Source of the DNA: Eledone cirrhosa
Taxonomy: Eukaryota
Reading direction: 5' to 3'
Length of the DNA stretch: 64,000 bases
NCBI GenBank assembly: GCA_964016885.1
Contig: OZ024742.1
Location: 43,338,001 to 43,402,000, forward strand
The position numbers were made by a program, and so were the translations under genes. Shown here one piece after another: positions 15,101 through 25,100 of the stretch (position 1 is the stretch's first letter; every line of letters starts with the position of its first letter). Below the pieces are notes generated by a model. That model had not been told where the DNA came from. It saw only the letters and a program-made list of their open reading frames with translations, and ran no database searches.

Positions 15101-16113
15101 ATAGACCACAACAGGACTTGAACCCTGAAGACAAAGAGGCAGAACAAGTACTGCTAGGCAGCTCATCCAACACACTAACAATTTTGCTACACCACCACCA
15201 CCCTGGGCTGGTACATTACTTTATTGACTTCAAAAGAATGAAAAGCAGAGATGACTTTGGCAGGATTTTAACTCAAAATGCGATGAGCTGGAATAAATGC
15301 CAGAAGGCATTTCATTCGATGTTCTAATGATTCTACCAGTTTGCTGCTTTCATCTATTGATTCATCATCATTTAACACCCATGAACCTTACAGAAGAGGT
15401 GAAGAAATGCAATGAATGGAGGAAGCTGTGCTGGAAATGACCTATGACATGCAAGCATGGAAAAATTGATGTAAAAAGGATAATGATTTCCCTACTTTGA
15501 ATAATTGGTGGGGAGTTGGCAGAGTGGTTACAGAGTTAGATTATATGCTTTTTTATTAGTTTTGACTCCATTTGCTCTGAGTTCAAATCCTGCTAAGATC
15601 AACTTTGCCTTTCATCCGTTTGTGGTGAATAAATATGGTACCATTTAGTGGCAGTGGGATGGTGTAATGGTTAAAGGGTTGAATGTGATGCTTTGTTTAA
15701 TCTGAGGTTTGATATAAAAAGAATTAAATAGTATTAAGAATTCTATATAGGGACTGTAAGGATGTAGAATTTATATTTAACTCTTTTCATACCAAGCTGC
15801 CTAAAACGGGTTTGTAGTGAGGTTTTTTTTTTCTATGGTTCTCATTAATGTTTGTTATTGTTGTTATTTTTAAGGATGACCCTCAAACACACACTTGTGA
15901 AACAATAAAAAATACAGATTCTCCAGGTAAGTCTTCTTTATATACATCTGTGTGTGTATCTGTGTTTCTGAATGTGTGAGTGGCTTTGTGTGTTTGTAAG
16001 AGTGATAAGACCAAGTGGATCAGTTATTGCTCTAAAAAATTAAGATTTTGTACGTTGACATATACACTTACACACACACATATATATATATACATGCAAT
16101 CTCTTTCTCTTTC

Positions 16114-16168
<55 letters not shown>

Positions 16169-19100
16169 CGTATTTAAGAAAGCCACAACAATGCAAAGGG
16201 AAATCTCGAGGTAGGAAGTGAAATATAGATAGGAAAAACAGGTGAAAGTGAAAGTTGAGAGAGACAAAGATGAAAACAAAACAAAGGTAGAAGGGTTACC
16301 GTAGTAGAGATTTTAATCCCAATATTTCGGGCTCACGCCCATCAACGGGGGAAAAGTTCCAAAAGGGGGGAAAACAGGCCAAGCGGAGAAAGTGGTGATG
16401 TCGTTAAGACAGGAATGCCGTTATGGGGAGAAAAATATTTAAAATTTAAACGAGGGAGAGAATGCGCGTGCGCGTGATAAGCTGTGGCAAAAGCTACTGA
16501 CCAAATGGGTTAAATCAAGAGGGTGCGTTAGCGTGTGAAAGCCTTAAGATATGTGTATGTAAATATATATGTGTGTGTGACTGTGTGTGTATAAGTGTAA
16601 GTGTGTATATGTGTGAGTGTGTGTGTGTGTGAAAGATAGTGGGCTGTAGAAGTTGGAAATCAGAGGGTGTGAAAGGTGGTAGGTTGTAAAATATGTGTGC
16701 GTGTATAAATATAGAAGTGTGTGTGTGTAAGCGTATGGGTATACATGTGTGTGTGTAACTGTGTATGTATATGTGTGAGTGCGTTTGTGTGTGAAAGATA
16801 GTGGGCTGTAGAAGCTGGAAATCAAAGGGTGTGAAAGGTGGTAGGTTGTAAAAACATGTGTGCGTGTAAAATATAGAAGTGTGTGTGCATGCGTATGGGT
16901 ATGCATATACGTGCGTGTGTGTGAATATAGCAGGCCGTAGGCTGTGAATGGTCATTATGGTTAAATTAGCCATGTCAGCTCATTTCTCTCAGCCCGGTTG
17001 TTAAGTGGGGGTCTGAGGTTCTTAATAACAAGTGCTTCCTTTATCCTTAAGGATCCGATGCTGCGTTCAGTCGCTAGGACTGTGACCAAGGGTCTACCCT
17101 GTGGGTTTCCGCATTTGAGGATATGTTTACGGAAGGAAGATGCGTTGGTGTTGATATGTTCCTTGATACGAACATGTAGGGGTCGGATGGTGCTACCTAT
17201 GTAAAACTTGTTACATTTATCGCATTGAATCTTATATACGACATGGGTGCGTAGGCAATCTGCCCCCCGTATCGGGCAGTTGCTGAGGGAACAAGTCCTA
17301 TCTGCCTCGTAGGGTTTGTTGGAGAGGCATCTTCGCAGCGAAGGTCCTGTGTGGGCCAAATGTATGTCAAGTCCCTCCGTACGTATGGCCCTGCGGATGG
17401 CGTTCGTGGTATATTCACTCAGGTGGGGGATTTTAAAGAAGCACCTGCTAATATTAAGTTTTCTAGTGGGTGTCGGTCTACTGGGTCTGGGGTCTCTAAT
17501 TCCGTTAATCAGTCGCTTGGGATAACCATTAGATCTGAGTAGATTACGGAATTGCGTGGTATGGGTGAGACCACCCATCGGGTCGCTGCATCTGTTAGTG
17601 ATCCGTGTCAGTTCATTTAGGACATAGCCTCTCTTAGCGTTGTTGGGGAGGGCTGAGTTATAATGCACAAATAGGTCCTTGCACGCTGCTTTGCGGTAGA
17701 AAGTGGTGTTTATGTCTCCTTGTTCCGAGATGTTGATACGGAAGTCGAGGAGGGCGAGTGACCCGTCTTCTCCCGGGTGTTCGATGGTGAAATCGATGTG
17801 TTGGTCAGTATCGTTGAAGATTTGGTGAATTTCATTCGCCATCTCCCGGGAAGAAGTAAGTATCAGGATATCATCAACGTATCTGGAGTAGAAGGCGACG
17901 GCGTTGGGTTGGCAGGTATTGAGTGCCTTGCGTTCCAGGTGGTCCATGTACGAGATCGCAAGTATGCCGGACAGACTAGAGCCCATAGGTAGCCCAGAGA
18001 TTTGTTTGTACGTGTGGCCGAGGAAATTGAAGAGTGCATTATCCACAACGAAGGAGAGGAGTTGGTGGATGTCCGTGTGTGTGAGTCCGAAACAGTGTAG
18101 GTTAGATGCTCGGACTCGTTCGGTCAACAGGTCGACAGCTGGGGATGCTGGTACGGAGGTATAAAGGGAGACCACATCAAGACTGAAGGCATAACCGTTG
18201 TCCTTTCTGGTGTTGGGCGCCAGATGGTGTAGTCGCTCCAAGACTTCCATTGAGCTGCAGACGTGGGCTGGTAGTGTGTGTAGAATAGGTTTCAGTAGTG
18301 TGGAGAGCAGCCACGATATTTTATAGAGTGGGCCCTCCACGCTAGAGACAATGGGCCTGATTTTCAAATCGGGTCCTTGTTTATGTGTTTTGACCAGGTG
18401 GTAGAAGGTGGGTAATTTGCTGTTTCGAGTCATTATGTTGTTTTTTACCTTCTTTGGCAGTTTTCGTTGGACACAGATGTTAGTCCATATGGTGTTAATG
18501 CCTTCCTCGATTAGAGTCGAGGAGGTCCCTGTGACTTTCGAGTAGAGGCTGTGGTCATTAAGATGTTGGAGAGCTAAGTTGTTGTAGGTCTCTCTCGAGA
18601 TGACACAGAATTCTTTCCCCTTGTCAGAGGGAAGGTACACAAGGTTCCTGGATCTTAGGTTGGTGAGAGTATTAAATTGTGCATTGGTGAGGTTGCGTTT
18701 ATTGTGTGTGTGTGTGTGTTGGGAAAGGATGTTAGAGATAGAATGTTTCAACCTGAGTAGTTTAGTGTCAAGTTCGTGGTTGGTGGGTGGGGGGTGGAGT
18801 GGGTTGTCGAGGTGATACGTGGGGAGTGTGGGGTGGGTTGTGGGGTTGTAATCGATCTCGGTGTTGTTTTGGATGGCGGTTAGCCATTTCAGTTGATAAG
18901 CTGTCCGACAGAAGTTGGTTTCGATGTCGAGTTTCAGTCTGTCATCGAGACGCTGTGTAATGATGAACTTGGGTCCGAGGCGCAGAAGTTCGAGTTCGTC
19001 GTTGGTGAGGGTACCGGTTAAGTCGGTAACGAGGTGTGAAGCATCGTTGGTAGGTAGATCGATGTTGGGGGGTGTAGCGGAGGGTGTTGTACAGCTGTTG

Positions 19101-22100
19101 CCCCTGGTGTGGTTGTAGTCGGTCCGTCTGTGGGAGCGGATGTTGTCAATGTAGTATTTGTTTACAGTCCATTCGTATTTCCGTACAAGGCGCTGTTTAT
19201 CAAATTTGACTCTGGTGTGGTAACACTGATCTATAGCTTTGTGTAATTCCTGGACCTGGTGGTCAGGGGTGAGGATTGGAGCTATACGATCTACGTGCTC
19301 AGAAAGCGTTTGTATATGGAGTCGCAGTTGGTGGTGGTGGTGTCGTAGTATTTTCTTGATAAAAGTGCGTTGAATGTGGCGGATGGTGTTTTCGAAGGAT
19401 GGTGATCGTAAACATTCGGGTAGATGTATATTCCTGATGGTGGTTGGAATGATGTTGTTCTTTAGGCAGCGTTTTAAGAAGGTAATTTGGCAACCGAGTT
19501 TGGCACGATTCTCCGATAGTCTGAATAGGTTCCTTATGGGTGCAAACAAGTCCTGGCTCAGGTGTAATGATAAGAGGGTGTTAAAGTTTGCTTGAAGCAT
19601 TGTGAAATGTGTAAAAATACGTATTTAAGAAAGCCACAACAATGCAAAGGGAAATCTCGAGGTAGGAAGTGAAATATAGATAGGAAAAACAGGTGAAAGT
19701 GAAAGTTGAGAGAGACAAAGATGAAAACAAAACAAAGGTAGAAGGGTTACCGTAGTAGAGATTTTAATCCCAATATTTCGGGCTCACGCCCATCAACGGG
19801 GGAAAAGTTCCAAAAGGGGGGAAAACAGGCCAAGCGGAGAAAGTGGTGATGTCGTTAAGACAGGAATGCCGTTATGGGGAGAAAAATATTTAAAATTTAA
19901 ACGAGGGAGAGAATGCGCGTGCGCGTGATAAGCTGTGGCAAAAGCTACTGACCAAATGGGTTAAATCAAGAGGGTGCGTTAGCGTGTGAAAGCCTTAAGA
20001 TATGTGTATGTAAATATATATGTGTGTGTGACTGTGTGTGTATAAGTGTAAGTGTGTATATGTGTGAGTGTGTGTGTGTGTGAAAGATAGTGGGCTGTAG
20101 AAGTTGGAAATCTGCGGAAACCCACAGGGTAGACCCTTGGTCACAGTCCTAGCGACTGAACGCAGCATCGGATCCTTAAGGATAAAGGAAGCACTTGTTA
20201 TTAAGAACCTCAGACCCCCACTTAAGAACCGGGCTGAGAGAAATGAGCTGACATGGCTAATTTAACCATAATGACCATTCACAGCCTACGGCCTGCTATA
20301 TTCACACACACGCACGTATATGCATACCCATACGCATGCACACACACTTCTATATTTTACACGCACACATGTTTTTACAACCTACCACCTTTCACACCCT
20401 TTGATTTCCAGCTTCTACAGCCCACTATCTTTCACACACAAACGCACTCACACATATACATACACAGTTACACACACACATGTATACCCATACGCTTACA
20501 CACACACACTTCTATATTTATACACGCACACATATTTTACAACCTACCACCTTTCACACCCTCTGATTTCCAACTTCTACAGCCCACTATCTTTCACACA
20601 CACACACACTCACACATATACACACTTACACTTATACACACACAGTCACACACACATATATATTTACATACACATATCTTAAGGCTTTCACACGCTAACG
20701 CACCCTCTTGATTTAACCCATTTGGTCAGTAGCTTTTGCCACAGCTTATCACGCGCACGCGCATTCTCTCCCTCGTTTAAATTTTAAATATTTTTCTCCC
20801 CATAACGGCATTCCTGTCTTAACGACATCACCACTTTCTCCGCTTGGCCTGTTTTCCCCCCTTTTGGAACTTTTCCCCCGTTGATGGGCGTGAGCCCGAA
20901 ATATTGGGATTAAAATCTCTACTACGGTAACCCTTCTACCTTTGTTTTGTTTTCATCTTTGTCTCTCTCAACTTTCACTTTCACCTGTTTTCCCTATCTA
21001 TATTTCACTTCCTACCTCGAGATTTCCCTTTGCATTGTTGTGGCTTTCTTAAATACGTATTTTTACACATTTCACAATGCTTCAAGCAAACTTTAACACC
21101 CTCTTATCATTACACCTGAGCCAGGACTTGTTTGCACCCATAAGGAACCTATTCAGACTATCGGAGAATCGTGCCAAACTCGGTTGCCAAATTACCTTCT
21201 TAAAACGCTGCCTAAAGAACAACATCATTCCAACCACCATCAGGAATATACATCTACCCGAATGTTTACGATCACCATCCTTCGAAAACACCATCCGCCA
21301 CATTCAACGCACTTTTATCAAGAAAATACTACGACACCACCACCACCAACTGCGACTCCATATACAAACGCTTTCTGAGCACGTAGATCGTATAGCTCCA
21401 ATCCTCACCCCTGACCACCAGGTCCAGGAATTACACAAAGCTATAGATCAGTGTTACCACACCAGAGTCAAATTTGATAAACAGCGCCTTGTACGGAAAT
21501 ACGAATGGACTGTAAACAAATACTACATTGACAACATCCGCTCCCACAGACGGACCGACTACAACCACACCAGGGGCAGCAGCTGTACAACACCCTCCGC
21601 TACACCCCCCAACATCGATCTACCTACCAACGATGCTTCACACCTCGTTACCGACTTAACCGGTACCCTCACCAACGACGAACTCGAACTTCTGCGCCTC
21701 GGACCCAAGTTCATCATTACACAGCGTCTCGATGACAGACTGAAACTCGACATCGAAACCAACTTCTGTCGGACAGCTTATCAACTGAAATGGCTAACCG
21801 CCATCCAAAACAACACCGAGATCGATTACAACCCCACAACCCACCCCACACTCCCCACGTATCACCTCGACAACCCACTCCACCCCCCACCCACCAACCA
21901 CGAACTTGACACTAAACTACTCAGGTTGAAACATTCTATCTCTAACATCCTTTCCCAACACACACACACACACAATAAACGCAACCTCACCAATGCACAA
22001 TTTAATACTCTCACCAACCTAAGATCCAGGAACCTTGTGTACCTTCCCTCTGACAAGGGGAAAGAATTCTGTGTCATCTCGAGAGAGACCTACAACAACT

Positions 22101-25100
22101 TAGCTCTCCAACATCTTAATGACCACAGCCTCTACTCGAAAGTCACAGGGACCTCCTCGACTCTAATCGAGGAAGGCATTAACACCATATGGACTAACAT
22201 CTGTGTCCAACGAAAACTGCCAAAGAAGGTAAAAAACAACATAATGACTCGAAACAGCAAATTACCCACCTTCTACCACCTGGTCAAAACACATAAACAA
22301 GGACCCGATTTGAAAATCAGGCCCATTGTCTCTAGCGTGGAGGGCCCACTCTATAAAATATCGTGGCTGCTCTCCACACTACTGAAACCTATTCTACACA
22401 CACTACCAGCCCACGTCTGCAGCTCAATGGAAGTCTTGGAGCGACTACACCATCTGGCGCCCAACACCAGAAAGGACAACGGTTATGCCTTCAGTCTTGA
22501 TGTGGTCTCCCTTTATACCTCCGTACCAGCATCCCCAGCTGTCGACCTGTTGACCGAACGAGTCCGAGCATCTAACCTACACTGCTTCGGACTCACACAC
22601 ACGGACATCCACCAACTCCTCTCCTTCGTTGTGGATAATGCACTCTTCAATTTCCTCGGCCACACGTACAAACAAATCTCTGGGCTACCTATGGGCTCTA
22701 GTCTGTCCGGCATACTTGCGATCTCGTACATGGACCACCTGGAACGCAAGGCACTCAATACCTGCCAACCCAACGCCATCGCCTTCTACTCCAGATACGT
22801 TGATGATATCCTGATACTTACTTCTTCCCGGGAGATGGCGAATGAAATTCACCAAATCTTCAACGATACTGACCAACACATCGATTTCACCATCGAACAC
22901 CCGGGAGAAGACGGGTCACTCGCCCTCCTCGACTTCCGTATCAACATCTCGGAACAAGGAGACATAAACACCACTTTCTACCGCAAAGCAGCGTGCAAGG
23001 ACCTATTTGTGCATTATAACTCAGCCCTCCCCAACAACGCTAAGAGAGGCTATGTCCTAAATGAACTGACACGGATCACTAACAGATGCAGCGACCCGAT
23101 GGGTGGTCTCACCCATACCACGCAATTCCGTAATCTACTCAGATCTAATGGTTATCCCAAGCGACTGATTAACGGAATTAGAGACCCCAGACCCAGTAGA
23201 CCGACACCCACTAGAAAACTTAATATTAGCAGGTGCTTCTTTAAAATCCCCCACCTGAGTGAATATACCACGAACGCCATCCGCAGGGCCATACGTACGG
23301 AGGGACTTGACATACATTTGGCCCACACAGGACCTTCGCTGCGAAGATGCCTCTCCAACAAACCCTACGAGGCAGATAGGACTTGTTCCCTCAGCAACTG
23401 CCCGATACGGGGGGCAGATTGCCTACGCACCTATGTCGTATATAAGATTCAATGCGATAAATGTAACAAGTTTTACATAGGTAGCACCATCCGACCCCTA
23501 CATGTTCGTATCAAGGAACATATCAACACCAACGCATCTTCCTTCCGTAAACATATCCTCAAATGCGGAAACCCACAGGGTAGACCCTTGGTCACAGTCC
23601 TAGCGACTGAACGCAGCATCGGATCCTTAAGGATAAAGGAAGCACTTGTTATTAAGAACCTCAGACCCCCACTTAACAACCGGGCTGAGAGAAATGAGCT
23701 GACATGGCTAATTTAACCATAATGACCATTCACAGCCTACGGCCTGCTATATTCACACACACGCACGTATATGCATACCCATACGCATGCACACACACTT
23801 CTATATTTTACACGCACACATGTTTTTACAACCTACCACCTTTCACACCCTTTGATTTCCAGCTTCTACAGCCCACTATCTTTCACACACAAACGCACTC
23901 ACACATATACATACACAGTTACACACACACATGTATACCCATACGCTTACACACACACACTTCTATATTTATACACGCACACATATTTTACAACCTACCA
24001 CCTTTCACACCCTCTGATTTCCAACTTCTACAGCCCACTATCTTTCACACACACACACACTCACACATATACACACTTACACTTATACACACACAGTCAC
24101 ACACACATATATATTTACATACACATATCTTAAGGCTTTCACACGCTAACGCACCCTCTTGATTTAACCCATTTGGTCAGTAGCTTTTGCCACAGCTTAT
24201 CACGCGCACGCGCATTCTCTCCCTCGTTTAAATTTTAAATATTTTTCTCCCCATAACGGCATTCCTGTCTTAACGACATCACCACTTTCTCCGCTTGGCC
24301 TGTTTTCCCCCCTTTTGGAACTTTTCCCCCGTTGATGGGCGTGAGCCCGAAATATTGGGATTAAAATCTCTACTACGGTAACCCTTCTACCTTTGTTTTG
24401 TTTTCATCTTTGTCTCTCTCAACTTTCACTTTCACCTGTTTTTCCTATCTATATTTCACTTCCTACCTCGAGATTTCCCTTTGCATTGTTGTGGCTTTCT
24501 TAAATACGTATTTTTACACATTTCACAATGCTTCAAGCAAACTTTAACACCCTCTTATATATATATATATATATATATATCATCATCACTGTTTAATGTC
24601 CATTTTCCATGCTTGCATGGAAGGGAAATGAAAAAGGGTAAGGCTGCCGGACCATCGGGAATAGTTGCTGAGATGCTGAAGGCATCAGGGGACGTAGGCA
24701 CTAAACTGGTTGCACGCATCATCAATCAGGCTATATATGGTGGTGTCATACCCAAAGACTGGTGTAGCAGTATTCTCATAAATTACTACAAAGGTAAAGG
24801 GGATGCTTTGGAGAGGAGCAATTATAGGGGTATAAAACTGATAGATCAGGTTATGAAAGTGGCAGAAAGGATTTTAGCACAACTAATTAGAGAAAGGGTC
24901 AAACTAGATGAGATGCAGTTTGGTTTTGTGCCTGGGAAGAGTACAACAGATGCCCTCTTCTTGGTGAGACAATTGCAAGAGAGGTTCTTAGAGAAGAATA
25001 AGCCACTATACTTAGCCTTTGTTGACCTAGAGAAGGCCTTTGATAGGGTACCCCGATCTGTCATCTGGTGGTCCCTAAGGAAGCTAGGTGTTGAGGAATG

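Larger units (their letters stand above)
16161..20112 (-). mobile_element. Penelope-like retroelement, left arm (partial pLTR - ORF - pLTR)
   Basis: 3' end abuts (TA)n at ~16120-16162; direct repeat at a 3451-bp period (16161.. = 19612..); contains an intact ORF; 5' truncated at the junction 20112/20113. Confidence 0.95.
20113..24558 (+). mobile_element. Penelope-like retroelement, right arm (EN tail + pLTR - ORF - pLTR + ~30-nt ORF-start tail)
   Basis: 20113-21107 is repeated at 23564-24558 (3451-bp period); 3' end runs into (TA)n at ~24556-24580. Confidence 0.95.

Noticed and set aside
14971-15327. 118-aa intronic ORF
   Set aside because: GTG start, composed of decayed repeat/SINE sequence, no recognisable domain or splice support.
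20926-21021. Intron in the PLE 5' leader (ACG|GTAACC ... pyrimidine tract ... CTCGAG)
   Set aside because: The donor is weak and the acceptor would be GAG; it cannot be supported without transcripts.
21077-23716. Selenocysteine recoding, as reported for some Naiad-type PLEs
   Set aside because: No in-frame TGA in either ORF; both end in TAA.
23704-24162. 152-aa His/Thr-rich ORF overlapping the PLE stop codon (also 20253-20711 and 16515-16973)
   Set aside because: Translation of a CA-rich low-complexity pLTR tract that naturally lacks stops; the three copies reflect pLTR repetition, not independent conservation.
24481-24620. N-terminus of the 594-aa ORF as a genuine RTE start
   Set aside because: It is PLE pLTR + (TA)n + an older tail fragment read through from a TTG; the RTE begins at 24621 after the TSD.
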